A stretch of 64,000 bases of DNA from Clostridia bacterium (GTDB lineage Bacteria; Bacillota; Clostridia; JAAYHZ01). The translations under genes and the position numbers were made by a program. Below, piece by piece: positions 10,008 to 20,405 of the stretch (positions within the stretch are counted from its first letter, which is position 1; every line of letters starts with the position of its first letter). The notes under the pieces are model-generated. The model was not told the DNA's origin, did no database searches, and saw only the letters and a list, made by a program, of their open reading frames with translations. The stretch is from the NCBI GenBank assembly GCA_050950825.1, contig JBMNIH010000004.1:576001-640000 (forward strand), in the 5' to 3' direction.

Positions 10008-13000
10008 ATGAAACATCGAATCTCTGTCATACTTTTGTTTTCTTTTCTGCTGCCGCTGCTGTCCGGCTGTACGAATGATACGGACCTATCTTTTGCGGAT
10101 TCCGGCAATGACCTTCCGTTTTATGCATACTCCTTGTACTGTCTTCACATCGAAGACCAAAAATCCGATCAAGAAATACTTGAATACATGGATAACATAC
10201 CTTCTTATTCCGTATCCAAAAGATTCTACACGGGAGAAGACCTCGGATACAAGGATTCATTCAAAATGGCAGAAGACGGTAAGTTTTTATATATCAAATT
10301 GTTCTATGAAAACGTATACGAACACAGCGAATCGAAGAACAAGCAGCACGTCTTGCTTTTCCGAGCGCAAAATGCCGGGATTATCCATACCGTTCCCGTG
10401 GTCTATTACGAAGACCGGCGTGTAAACTTGGAGTTTAAACAGGCATCGGAAAGAATATTCGGGACGGCGGATATTGAAACAAGGGAGACGGAGGAAGGCT
10501 TTGAAGCCTTCGTGAAAATTCCCTTGCAGGACTTGGAAATCGATCTTGATAAGCTTCAAATGAATGTTCTTCGAATCGATTGGGGAGCCAATCCCATGGC
10601 ATCCTATTTCCCCGTTGAAAGCTCTTACTTCTTCGATTCTTCAGGGAATGCCATACATGTCGTCGTCTTTTTAGGAGACCAAGGTCGCTTCGTAAACGTA
10701 AAATATTCGGACAGCATAAAGGATAAAGATTTTGAAAGACCTCAAATCGAGATAAAGTGTATCGGGGTGAACAAACAGCAAATTTTCGTTAAAGGAATAA
10801 GGAACGATTATCGTTTGCTTTGGGAGACTCCCGAGGGAAAGACGGCCGAGCTTTCGGCGGACATAAAGAGGGGCAAGGGGGTCGATGTATTGACCTTCGA
10901 GCATCCTCCGGTTTCGGAGGAAGGAGTATACCGGATTCATTTAGGGGATAAAAAGGAGACGGTTCTTTGTGTAGAGAAAAGATTCTTTATTCAGGCGGCG
11001 AATCAAAACGTCATAGCGGAAGAAATCGAGAAAAAGGATGTGGATATCAATAAAATAAGCGACAGGGCAAAGCTTATGTTGGATATCGTTCCGCCCTATG
11101 CGGGCATCATCACCATTCCGGATCCGAAGGATACTACCCTTTGGCCGTACAGCACATTTTCTTATTCCATTTTAAATCCGTATCATATTAAGTCCAACAA
11201 AACCGGCGATTTGTATCCGGACCCGGATCAATTTCCCGAGACGAATGTTGCAAGAATCGATAACGGAAATGGCCGGATTGTGGAATATCCGTACTATTTA
11301 AGCCCTGACGGTGCCGTCTGCTACTTAACCCCTGCTCTTTGGGCGGGGCAAAAAGAATACGTTTTAGTGAATTTGCCCGAGTTGGCCAAATCGGACCCGG
11401 CGGGAGCCGCTTACGTATTGGCAAAAATTTGCGAGCACTATCCGGATTATTCGCCCGCCATCGAATACTACTTTACGAGTTATCCCATACCGAAAGCGGC
11501 GGGACCTCCTTACGCCTATTACGGAGGATTTTGGACGCGGTGGTTTTACGGCGATTTGTATATGGTCGCATCCGTTGCCGAAGCTTATGCCGAGGTCCGA
11601 AAAACCAACGCTCTTGATAAGCTAAGGGCGGAAACCGGCAGAGATTTGGAAAAAGAGATTTTGGAGATAATTCAAGAAGGAATCGACATATCCGATTCCT
11701 ACGGAATACAAAATACGAATATGGATGCAAGCCAATGGGAAGGGTTGATTCGAATCGGAAAAGCTTTAAATAACCCCGACTATATCCATCGCGCCTTGGA
11801 GCGAATCGAGCCCTTTATACGAAACAACTACTTGTTTGACGGCTTTTGGATGGAAGTAACGTTATCCTATCACAGGCAAATTACCGGAGGTTTATACCGG
11901 GTTTTATCTTTGATCACCAACTACAGCGACCCGGAAGGCTATATTTACCCGGGAACGGGGAAGAGAATCGATCGTTTTCGATTTTTGGAGCTTTTCCCCA
12001 TATTACGGCAATCCCAAGCCGTAACCGGTATATTGTCCTTTCCTAACGGCCGATACCCTTCCGTACAGGATACCCATGCAACGGATTACGGATCCACGGT
12101 ACCGCAGACCTTGGATGACATATTGATGCCGGCTTCGGGAATCGCTCGGCTGACCGGAAACACCAATGCTCTTAAGAATGTACAAACCCATGCGCTGATG
12201 TTGTTTACTCCTAAATACGGGCACAGCCATGACGACGCTTTGTCCATGACTCTTCATGCGTACGGCGTGGAAGTACTGCCGGATTTGGGGTACACCCATA
12301 CCTATAACCGAGCTTGGACCATATCCACCTTCTCCCATAACACCGTAACGGTAAACAAAATGGATTCGAGAAGTAAAGACGGAGGAAATATATTGCGATT
12401 CGTTCCTTCGAATAATTCCGTAGGGGTCGTAAGAGCCTATGACCCGGAAGCCTACCCCGAAATTGATATCTATGACAGGGAAATGATCTTTGTACCTTTG
12501 CAAAAGGACGGTCCGGAAGGATATGTTTTGGATATCTTCCGAGTCAAAGGCGGTACTTGCCACGAATACTCCTTGAATATGTGCGCCGATTACGATTATA
12601 ACCTTTCAACCGATGTAGCTTGGGAGGATGCTTCCGAAACCATGCTGCCGGAAGGCGTAAAGTACGTAAAGCCTGCAAGCGAAACGTCTTCGGGAGACGC
12701 CTCCGGTCATTACAAAGCCTATATGTACGTACAGGACGTACAATCCGCTCCCTTGGAGAACAGATCCTTTTCTTTGTCGTATGAAATAACGGATGTTATG
12801 CAAGAAGGTGCGGGACTGAAAATTCTCGGTGCAAAAAACTCGGGAACACTGTTATTGGGAAAGGCTCCTTCCATGAGAGCAACCCGACAAAAAGTGGAGT
12901 ATGATACCAACGACCGCTGCGACGACTACTTCATGGATAAAATGGTGCTAAGAAGAGAGGGTGAAGATGTATCTTCCGTCTTTGTAACGCTTTTAGAGCC

Positions 13001-13592
13001 CTTTTCACGGCGCTATCCTTCACGGGTCCGGAAAATCGAAAAGCTTGAAGCCGACGGTTTAGGTGAGTTCGACGTAGCGGTAAAGGTGGTAACCGAGGAG
13101 TATACCGACTATATCTTCAGTGCATATCAAGAACCGATCCGTGTGGAAATCGACAGCATTCTCTTTCAAGGTCGATGTGGTTTTGTAAGAGTGCAAGACA
13201 AAAAGGTTCTCTACATGGAAGGAATGGATGCGGAAATGTTACGGTACGGCGAGCTTTCTCTTACCGAGAATCGGTCCTGCGAAGGTGTCATTCAGAAAGT
13301 GTATGCCAAATCCCGAAAGGATTCGTTTAACGGTTTTGCAACGGATATCAAGCCGGAGGAGGGACTGAAAGGAAAATATATCATTGTAATGCATCCGGAC
13401 GGTACGACGAACGGATATGAAATCAAGAAGATTACGGAAGAAGACGGACAATTTATTGTCGATATAGGCGATATGGAACCGGGATTTCAATTTACGGATG
13501 AAGATTCAACGGAAATGACACATTATCCTTTCAAAAAACGGGAGGGGACCGTGCGGTTTGTCATTTACGATGTTCAAAATCTACGGCCTTAA
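10008..13592 (+). CDS. Heparinase II/III-like lipoprotein (polysaccharide lyase-like) with CBM9/DOMON-like N-terminal region
   Basis: Lipobox LLSGC after ATG 10008 (SD AAGGGGG); DGFWME..SYH, GHSHDDALSM, PDLGY and SHNTVTVN motifs. Confidence 0.75.
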   Translation: MKHRISVILLFSFLLPLLSGCTNDTDLSFADSGNDLPFYAYSLYCLHIEDQKSDQEILEYMDNIPSYSVSKRFYTGEDLGYKDSFKMAEDGKFLYIKLFYENVYEHSESKNKQHVLLFRAQNAGIIHTVPVVYYEDRRVNLEFKQASERIFGTADIETRETEEGFEAFVKIPLQDLEIDLDKLQMNVLRIDWGANPMASYFPVESSYFFDSSGNAIHVVVFLGDQGRFVNVKYSDSIKDKDFERPQIEIKCIGVNKQQIFVKGIRNDYRLLWETPEGKTAELSADIKRGKGVDVLTFEHPPVSEEGVYRIHLGDKKETVLCVEKRFFIQAANQNVIAEEIEKKDVDINKISDRAKLMLDIVPPYAGIITIPDPKDTTLWPYSTFSYSILNPYHIKSNKTGDLYPDPDQFPETNVARIDNGNGRIVEYPYYLSPDGAVCYLTPALWAGQKEYVLVNLPELAKSDPAGAAYVLAKICEHYPDYSPAIEYYFTSYPIPKAAGPPYAYYGGFWTRWFYGDLYMVASVAEAYAEVRKTNALDKLRAETGRDLEKEILEIIQEGIDISDSYGIQNTNMDASQWEGLIRIGKALNNPDYIHRALERIEPFIRNNYLFDGFWMEVTLSYHRQITGGLYRVLSLITNYSDPEGYIYPGTGKRIDRFRFLELFPILRQSQAVTGILSFPNGRYPSVQDTHATDYGSTVPQTLDDILMPASGIARLTGNTNALKNVQTHALMLFTPKYGHSHDDALSMTLHAYGVEVLPDLGYTHTYNRAWTISTFSHNTVTVNKMDSRSKDGGNILRFVPSNNSVGVVRAYDPEAYPEIDIYDREMIFVPLQKDGPEGYVLDIFRVKGGTCHEYSLNMCADYDYNLSTDVAWEDASETMLPEGVKYVKPASETSSGDASGHYKAYMYVQDVQSAPLENRSFSLSYEITDVMQEGAGLKILGAKNSGTLLLGKAPSMRATRQKVEYDTNDRCDDYFMDKMVLRREGEDVSSVFVTLLEPFSRRYPSRVRKIEKLEADGLGEFDVAVKVVTEEYTDYIFSAYQEPIRVEIDSILFQGRCGFVRVQDKKVLYMEGMDAEMLRYGELSLTENRSCEGVIQKVYAKSRKDSFNGFATDIKPEEGLKGKYIIVMHPDGTTNGYEIKKITEEDGQFIVDIGDMEPGFQFTDEDSTEMTHYPFKKREGTVRFVIYDVQNLRP

Positions 13593-13611
13593 TTCGAAAT
13601 AAAAACAAATA

Positions 13612-13652
13612 AAAAAGAACTCCGTCTTTTTTACGAGCGGAGTTCCTTTCTT
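13612..13652. terminator. Bidirectional terminator between convergent genes
   Basis: GAACTCCG...CGGAGTTC with A-rich and T-rich flanks. Confidence 0.65.
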
Positions 13653-13665
13653 TCGATAGGAAATA

Positions 13666-14847
13666 TTAAAACACTTCTTTTGCGAGCTTTTCGAAAGCGG
13701 GCAGCGATCGTTCGATCATTTCATAATCTACGCAATAAGTAAGCCTTAAATAGCCGCCGCATCCGAATCCGGATCCGGGAACGATAATGAGGTTATACTT
13801 TAACGCCAATTTCGTAAAAGCCACGTCATCCGGGATAGGGGATTCCGGGAACAAATAGAAAGCGCCTTCCGGTTTGATGCATTTGAAACCTAAATCGACT
13901 AAAGCGTTGTATAAAAGATCCCGTCTTTTTTTGTAGTATTCAACGTCAATGGATTCGTTAATGCAATCGATGACTATGTGCTGCCCTACGGCGGGAGCAT
14001 TGACATAGCCTAATGTTCGGTTGCAGAAAATGAGAGCGTCCATTAACAAATCGGCATTGTCGATTTCCGGGGAAACGGCGATGTAGCCGATGCGTTCTCC
14101 CGGTACGGCCAAGGATTTGCTGAAGGAATTTACGGAAATGGCGTTTTTAAAGAAATTGAATACGGAAGGCACCTTTTTACCGTCATAGACGATTTTTACG
14201 TAGGGTTCGTCGGCAATGACGAAAATTTGGGTTCCGTATTTCTTCTTGGCGGCGGTAATGACATCGTTCATTCCTTTTAGCATGTCTTCTTTGTATATAA
14301 CTCCCGTCGGATTGTTGGGAGAATTGTACATCACGACTTTGGTTTTTTCGTTAATCAGCTTCTCAAGCTTTGCCAAATCGGGCATGAAGGTATCGTGTAT
14401 GGTGTCGCAAACCGTCAATTTTCCGCCGTGATTATCCACGTAGAAACCGTATTCGACAAAATACGGAGAAAAGACGATGACTTCTTCGCCCGGATTTAAT
14501 AAAGATTTGAACAAAACATTCAAAGCGCCTCCGGCTCCGCAGGTCATAATGACGTGGGAAGGAGGGATGTCCTTTTTACTTTCTTTCGATAAGCTGTCGG
14601 CAACGGCTTTTCTCGCTTGCCAATAACCGGCATTGCTCATGTAGCGAAACATGCCGGTCTCTTCTTCGCTTGCAAGTCTTTTTAATGTTTCTTTCACGGA
14701 CCGAGGAGGTTCGATCACCGGGTTTCCCAAACTGAAATCAAAAACATTTTCGGCCCCGACTTTGGCTTTCAGCTTTTCTCCTTCTTCGAACATGGAGCGA
14801 ATAAAAGATGCTCGTGTAAGATTTTGTACGATTTTATCCGAAAACAT
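13666..14847 (-). CDS. PLP-dependent aminotransferase class I/II (aspartate aminotransferase-like)
   Basis: FDFSLGNP, NSPNNPTG, ADEPY, SFSKSLAVPGERIGY; start MFSDK at 14847 with GAGGTG SD. Confidence 0.92.
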   Translation of the reverse strand: MFSDKIVQNLTRASFIRSMFEEGEKLKAKVGAENVFDFSLGNPVIEPPRSVKETLKRLASEEETGMFRYMSNAGYWQARKAVADSLSKESKKDIPPSHVIMTCGAGGALNVLFKSLLNPGEEVIVFSPYFVEYGFYVDNHGGKLTVCDTIHDTFMPDLAKLEKLINEKTKVVMYNSPNNPTGVIYKEDMLKGMNDVITAAKKKYGTQIFVIADEPYVKIVYDGKKVPSVFNFFKNAISVNSFSKSLAVPGERIGYIAVSPEIDNADLLMDALIFCNRTLGYVNAPAVGQHIVIDCINESIDVEYYKKRRDLLYNALVDLGFKCIKPEGAFYLFPESPIPDDVAFTKLALKYNLIIVPGSGFGCGGYLRLTYCVDYEMIERSLPAFEKLAKEVF

Positions 14848-15141
14848 GATATGCACCTCTTTAGAGCAGTCCTGACTACTGCAAAACCTTTCCTTAAATT
14901 TATGATATAGTTTACTCCAAAACGTGGAAAGTTGCAATTCCAAAAATGATTCCTTTCAGAATTGCCGAATCACCCTTCATTGAAAAGATAGAGTAAATCT
15001 TACCGAGCCAACGGCCTTAAGATTTACCGTCGACACGGATGAAGGAGAATCGAAAAATACCTACAGAATTCCCTTATTGAAATAGCTTTGCAAGACCGGT
15101 AAGATTGTGTTGTTAAAGTCATATTGAAAAGAGGTGCGGCC

Positions 15142-15951
15142 GTGTATTTTTTAAAAGAACAGCTGAAGTTATTTGAATGCAACAAGGTTGTTAACTGGCA
15201 CGAACATGTACGAGACAACAACCGAGGACAGCTGGACGAAGAACAATGCGACTTTTTGGTGGAAGCGGCGAAGAGAGCATATATGGATGTTTTGGTGGTT
15301 TCGAGGCCGATTTCGGGGGGAAGCCCCACACCGGAAATGTTTCGAGCCAAGAATAATGTGGTTGCGGCGGCCATGAAAAGGTATCCGCAGATTATTAAAG
15401 GTATGGCTTACGTCAATCCCGGATACATGAAGGAGTCGTTGTACGAAATCGACCGTTGCATTAAAGAATTGGGCATGACCGGAATTAAGCTTTACAACCA
15501 ATATTTCATTTCCGATCCGGTTGTACGGCCGGTTATTGAAAAATGCATTGAATTGGATATACCGATCTTGAGCCATGCCGGGAAATTAAATACCGTTCCG
15601 AATCCCCAGCCTACCATCTCCGACGGCACTCATTTTGCCGAGGCTGCAAGGAATTATCCCGAAGCCGTGTTCGTCTACGGACACATCGGAGGCGGCGGAG
15701 ATTGGCAGTGGTCCTTAAAAGCCATTGCGGATTACCCGAATGTTTACGCCGACATCAGCGGCAGTGTTTACGACGAAGGAATCATTGAACAAGCCGTGAG
15801 CTATTTAGGAGCCGGAAGGCTTTTGTTTGCAACGGACGGGTCCTTCTCCCAAGGTATCGGAAAGCTTTTGGGAGCGAATATCTCTCAAGAGGACAAGATT
15901 ACCATTTTGAACAATCCTGCATTTGCTCGGTATCTCGAAAGGGGGCTCTGA
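15142..15951 (+). CDS. Amidohydrolase_2 family protein
   Basis: WHEH, GIKL, ILSHAG, GHIGGG and LLFATD motifs; GTG start after GAGGTG. Confidence 0.85.
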   Translation: MYFLKEQLKLFECNKVVNWHEHVRDNNRGQLDEEQCDFLVEAAKRAYMDVLVVSRPISGGSPTPEMFRAKNNVVAAAMKRYPQIIKGMAYVNPGYMKESLYEIDRCIKELGMTGIKLYNQYFISDPVVRPVIEKCIELDIPILSHAGKLNTVPNPQPTISDGTHFAEAARNYPEAVFVYGHIGGGGDWQWSLKAIADYPNVYADISGSVYDEGIIEQAVSYLGAGRLLFATDGSFSQGIGKLLGANISQEDKITILNNPAFARYLERGL

Positions 15952-15953
15952 TC

Positions 15954-16751
15954 ATGATTTACGATGTTAATACCTATATCGGACACTGGCCGTTTCGAAA
16001 GATTCGAAACAATACGCCGGAAGAATTGGTGAAAAAAATGGATGAAGTCGGCATATCGGTAGCTTGCGTTTCTTCGGTTCATTCCGTTTTCTACAAAGAC
16101 GCGATGGAAGGAAATACGGAGCTTGCGGAAGAAACTCGACCCTACAAAGACCGTCTTTTGCCCTTTGCCATTATCAATCCTTTGTATCCCGCTTGGAAAA
16201 AGGACTTTTTAACCTGTATTGAAAAAATGAACATGAAGGGTTTGGAGCTTTATCCGTATTACCACCGATACGACTTGAATTGTCCCGAAGCGGTGGAATT
16301 GGTCCGGATGGCAGGGGATTTGGGAATCCCGGTCCACCTTCCTTGCGCTATCGTGAATGTAAGGCAAAGGCATTGGATGGATACCAACGAGAACCTGAAT
16401 ATCGGACAAGTGGAACGACTTATGGAATTATGCCCCGACACCGACATTATAATCACCAACGGTCCCTCCGAACAGATTGCGGCAAAACTGAAAAAAGCTA
16501 CCCAAGGGCGAAAGGGAAAGGTATTCTATGATTTTGCCCGAGTGGAAGTATTTCCGGTACGAGGTCAAAAAACAAACTTTCAAGCATTAGTGGAAGCGGC
16601 CGGTGTCGACCGAATCGTTTTCGGCTCCTGCTTGCCCTTCCAGTACGCGGAACCTCAGATGGTTCGTTTGAATCAAATGGGCTTGAAAGACGAGGACATG
16701 GAAAAGATACTTTATAAAAATTTGCAAACGTTATTGACGGAGAAGAAATAA
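15954..16751 (+). CDS. Amidohydrolase_2-like protein with degenerate metal site
   Basis: DVNTYIGHWPFR, LYPYYH and IVFGSCLP; HxH and the terminal Asp are missing. Confidence 0.75.
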   Translation: MIYDVNTYIGHWPFRKIRNNTPEELVKKMDEVGISVACVSSVHSVFYKDAMEGNTELAEETRPYKDRLLPFAIINPLYPAWKKDFLTCIEKMNMKGLELYPYYHRYDLNCPEAVELVRMAGDLGIPVHLPCAIVNVRQRHWMDTNENLNIGQVERLMELCPDTDIIITNGPSEQIAAKLKKATQGRKGKVFYDFARVEVFPVRGQKTNFQALVEAAGVDRIVFGSCLPFQYAEPQMVRLNQMGLKDEDMEKILYKNLQTLLTEKK

Positions 16752-17875
16752 TGCACCTTACAAATTTCGATCTCGATAACTATCTCAAAGAACTGGAAAC
16801 CATAGTGAATATGGACAGCGGCAGTTCGTATCCCGAAGGGGTAGCCAAGGTAGCCGATTTTTTCATAAAGAAATATAAAGAGCTCGGTTGTTACACGGAT
16901 AAGGTGAATCTTTCGCCTCGGATCGGACCTTGCGTTAGGGTCTTAACAAAGCACACGGACCGGTTTGACGTTTTATTGGTGGGACACATGGATACGGTTT
17001 TCCCCGAAGGTACAACCCTTAAAAGACCCTTTCGGATCAAGGACCGCATTGCCTATGGCCCCGGAGTGGTAGACATGAAGGCCGGCCTTTTATCGGCCTA
17101 CTATGTCATAAAAGAATGGATGTCGCAAAAAAATCGTGAGGGATCTATCTGCCTTTTGATGAACAGCGACGAGGAGATCGGCTCCGTCTATTCCACTCCT
17201 TGGATAAAAGAGCATGCGGCAAAAAGTAAAGTAGCTTTTGTTTTGGAACCGGCGAGATCGGACGGATCCTTTGTGATTGAGCGAAAGGGAACGGCCAAAT
17301 TTGAAGTTATCTTCCGAGGGGTTTCGGCTCATGCCGGGGTAGACCCCGAAAAAGGAAAAAGTGCCATTGTAGAGATGGCTCGTTGGATTCTGGAATTGGA
17401 CGAACTGAACGATTACGAAAAAGGTTTGACATTGAATACCGGAACCGTCACCGGCGGAACGGTAGTAAATATGGTAGCAAATCATGCCGTTATGAAATTA
17501 GACACACGTTTTAAGAATCCGGAGCAGATCGAGAAGGTCGAAAGTGTCATGAACCGGATGATCGAGAACCCTATGGTAAAGGGTGTTACGGCTTCCGTGA
17601 AGCGGATCAGTTATCGGGAGCCCATGAATCCCAACGAAAGGACCTGTGCTTTGGCGGCAAAACTGGAACGGTTAGGCAAAAAGTCCGGTATTTCGGTTAA
17701 GTGGAGGCCCACGGGAGGCGTCTCCGATGGCAACGGGATATCTTCCTTAGGCATTCCGGTTATTGACGGATTCGGACCGGTCGGTGGAAATACCCACAAC
17801 GAAGGGGAATACTTGGAAATCGATTCCGTATACCCTCGAATCCGGCTTTTGTACGATATCATCACGACGGTATAG
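16751..17875 (+). CDS. M20 metallopeptidase (carboxypeptidase G2-like)
   Basis: GHMDTVF, GPGVVDMKAG, DEEIGS, AHAG, GGVSDGN and H..GEY motifs. Confidence 0.9.
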   Translation: MHLTNFDLDNYLKELETIVNMDSGSSYPEGVAKVADFFIKKYKELGCYTDKVNLSPRIGPCVRVLTKHTDRFDVLLVGHMDTVFPEGTTLKRPFRIKDRIAYGPGVVDMKAGLLSAYYVIKEWMSQKNREGSICLLMNSDEEIGSVYSTPWIKEHAAKSKVAFVLEPARSDGSFVIERKGTAKFEVIFRGVSAHAGVDPEKGKSAIVEMARWILELDELNDYEKGLTLNTGTVTGGTVVNMVANHAVMKLDTRFKNPEQIEKVESVMNRMIENPMVKGVTASVKRISYREPMNPNERTCALAAKLERLGKKSGISVKWRPTGGVSDGNGISSLGIPVIDGFGPVGGNTHNEGEYLEIDSVYPRIRLLYDIITTV

Positions 17876-17978
17876 CATTGAAAATTCCAATTTTATCGGC
17901 TGTTATTTACGATTCGTTTCATGTAGAATAAATGTTATGAATGAATAAAATTTGTGAAAAACGGAAGGAGAAAGATAG

Positions 17979-19346
17979 ATGGGATTGATTAGGGCGGCAG
18001 TAGGAACAATAGGAGGAACGCTGGCGGATCAATGGTTGGAGGCCATCGAGCCTGCAAAAATCGACAATACGATTTTGGCTACATACGGCGTTTCGGTAAG
18101 CAGGCGAAAGAATGCAAGAGGATCCAACCGAAAAGGAACCGAAGACGTGATATCCAACGGATCGATAATTCACGTTCCGGAAAATGTATTTATGCTTTTA
18201 GTGGACGGCGGAAAGATCATATCGGCTACGGATCAGCCCGGATACTACCAAGTTGATAACTCCAGGTCGCCATCCATCTTTTTTCAATCGGATGAAAACG
18301 TAACCTTGCCGGGATACAATAACACCGAACGAAATGCCATCCAAAGACCCGGCGGGATTGTGAATACATTAAAGGACTCATGGGAGCGATTCAAATTCGG
18401 CGGAACAACGCCTTTGAAGCAAAGAGTGATATATATTAACAAACAAGAGATACCGGGGGTTCGTTTCGGAACGAGAAATCCGGTACCCTATACCGATCGC
18501 GTATTGGTACCCGGAAGACCGGTTCCTTGTAAAGTGACTTCTTTCGGAACCTATTCCATCAAAATTTCGGACCCCTTGCTGTTCTATAGCGAGGTGTGCA
18601 GCAAAACCGATAAAGTGAACTTTACGATAGAGGATATGGCCGAGCAATACTTAAACGAGTTCCTGATGGCCTATACGACGGCGTTGGCAAAGCTGTCTTT
18701 AAACAACATCATGGTATCGGACATTCCCATGAAAACCATGGAACTAGGCCAATACATGGCGGAAGTTCTGGACCAAGAGTGGCTGAGCAAAAGAGGTTTC
18801 TTTATCCATAGCGTCGGTATCGCCGGAATTTCCTTCGACGAACAAACCAACAAGCTTTTGGAAAAGTACGCAAGCGATTCGATTCTTATGGATCCCAATG
18901 CAAGAGCCGCAAGAATGACGGCAAGCCTGGCTTCCGGATTGGAAGCGGCAGGCTCTAACGAAGGAGGTGCCATGCTCGGATTTGCCGGTATGGCTATGGG
19001 AATGAACGCGGCACATACCGTAGGTGCTATGCCTTACCAACAAGTGCAGCCGCAAGGGGCCGCACCGGCGGCAGGAGCTGCGCCTGCAGGGACACAACAA
19101 GGATGGACTTGCGCTTGCGGGCATACCATGCCGCAAGAGGCAAAGTTCTGCAATATGTGCGGAAAGCAAAAGCCTGTTGACAAGCCTTCGGATCAATGGA
19201 AGTGCTCCTGCGGTTATGAAAATACCGGAGGCAAGTTCTGCAGCGAGTGCGGCAACAAAAGACCCGAAAAGGTAAAATGTTCAAACTGCGGTAAAGAGTA
19301 CGACGTACCTCCGAAGTTCTGCAGTGAATGCGGTAATGCATTTTGA
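17979..19346 (+). CDS. SPFH/Band-7 domain protein with zinc ribbons (YdjI-like)
   Basis: ISNGSIIHVPEN, RFKFGG, RFGT..P motifs; C-terminal repeated CxC/CxxC. Confidence 0.85.
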   Translation: MGLIRAAVGTIGGTLADQWLEAIEPAKIDNTILATYGVSVSRRKNARGSNRKGTEDVISNGSIIHVPENVFMLLVDGGKIISATDQPGYYQVDNSRSPSIFFQSDENVTLPGYNNTERNAIQRPGGIVNTLKDSWERFKFGGTTPLKQRVIYINKQEIPGVRFGTRNPVPYTDRVLVPGRPVPCKVTSFGTYSIKISDPLLFYSEVCSKTDKVNFTIEDMAEQYLNEFLMAYTTALAKLSLNNIMVSDIPMKTMELGQYMAEVLDQEWLSKRGFFIHSVGIAGISFDEQTNKLLEKYASDSILMDPNARAARMTASLASGLEAAGSNEGGAMLGFAGMAMGMNAAHTVGAMPYQQVQPQGAAPAAGAAPAGTQQGWTCACGHTMPQEAKFCNMCGKQKPVDKPSDQWKCSCGYENTGGKFCSECGNKRPEKVKCSNCGKEYDVPPKFCSECGNAF

Positions 19347-19358
19347 AAATGAGGTATT

Positions 19359-20405
19359 ATGAGTAAGGTTCAAGAATATAAATGTTTGAATTGCGGGGCG
19401 GGTCTGCATTTCGACCCGCCCTCCGCGAAATGGAAATGCGGCTATTGCTTCAGCGTGTTTGAAAAAGAGGCGTTAGAGGCTGCCTACGGGAAAGACATAC
19501 ATAAAACAACAACGGCGGAAGAAGAGAAAAAGGAAGACTTAAGCTGCTACCGTTGTGCAAGCTGCGGGGCGGAGCTGGTTACCGACCAAACGGTATCGGC
19601 TACCATTTGTTTGTACTGCAAAAGTCCGTCGATTATCAAAGAACGATTATCCGGAAAGTTTGAACCGAAATTCGTAATTCCGTTTAAGCTGACGAAAGAC
19701 CAAGCCAAATCCATTTATACCCAATGGGTAAAAAAGCGTCCCTTTGTTCCGGACGAATTCTTGGAAAAAGAAGAGGTGGACCGAATTACCGGGGTTTATG
19801 CTCCGTTTTGGCTTTACGACAGTTACGTTATCGGCCAAATCGAAGGAGAGGGAACAAAGGTCAGCCACTGGAGAGCGGGAGATTATCGATATACCCGGAC
19901 GAAGTATTACCGTATTGAAAGAGAAGGAACCGTAACGTACAAGCGTGTACCGGTGGACGCTTCCGTGAAGATGGATGATACTTTGATGAATAACATCGAG
20001 CCTTATAACTATTCGGATTTGAAAGATTTTTCAATGGAATATCTGTCCGGCTTTATGGCGGAACGATACGACGTTTCCTCCGATGAAGGGGAAGGTATCA
20101 TGAAAAAAAGAGTGGAGCGATACGTGGAACAGCGGCTGTTAGGTACCGTTACCGGATATTCTACCGCTAATATGAACAAGAAAAACATTCGCTTTACGGA
20201 AATTGCATGCCACTATGCCATGCTTCCCGTGTATTTGTTGGTCCATAAATACAATGACAAATCGTACATGTTTGCCGTGAACGGGCAAACGGGAAAAGTT
20301 ACAGGAGACACACCGGTGTCATTAAAAAAGCAGCTGTTTTTTGCAATGCTTGTTTTTTTGATTACATGGCTGGTTGTCGTGATTGGAGGCGCTTTCCTTG
20401 GCTAG
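19359..20405 (+). CDS. Zinc-ribbon membrane protein (YdjG-like)
   Basis: Four CxxC pairs, VIPFK, GVYAPFW, IEPY, AVNGQTGK; C-terminal TM. Confidence 0.85.
   Translation: MSKVQEYKCLNCGAGLHFDPPSAKWKCGYCFSVFEKEALEAAYGKDIHKTTTAEEEKKEDLSCYRCASCGAELVTDQTVSATICLYCKSPSIIKERLSGKFEPKFVIPFKLTKDQAKSIYTQWVKKRPFVPDEFLEKEEVDRITGVYAPFWLYDSYVIGQIEGEGTKVSHWRAGDYRYTRTKYYRIEREGTVTYKRVPVDASVKMDDTLMNNIEPYNYSDLKDFSMEYLSGFMAERYDVSSDEGEGIMKKRVERYVEQRLLGTVTGYSTANMNKKNIRFTEIACHYAMLPVYLLVHKYNDKSYMFAVNGQTGKVTGDTPVSLKKQLFFAMLVFLITWLVVVIGGAFLG

Noticed and set aside
17979-20405. Phage or replication genes (these families are often labelled virion core protein or primosomal protein)
   Set aside because: Architecture and synteny match the ydjGHI membrane module; no phage genes nearby
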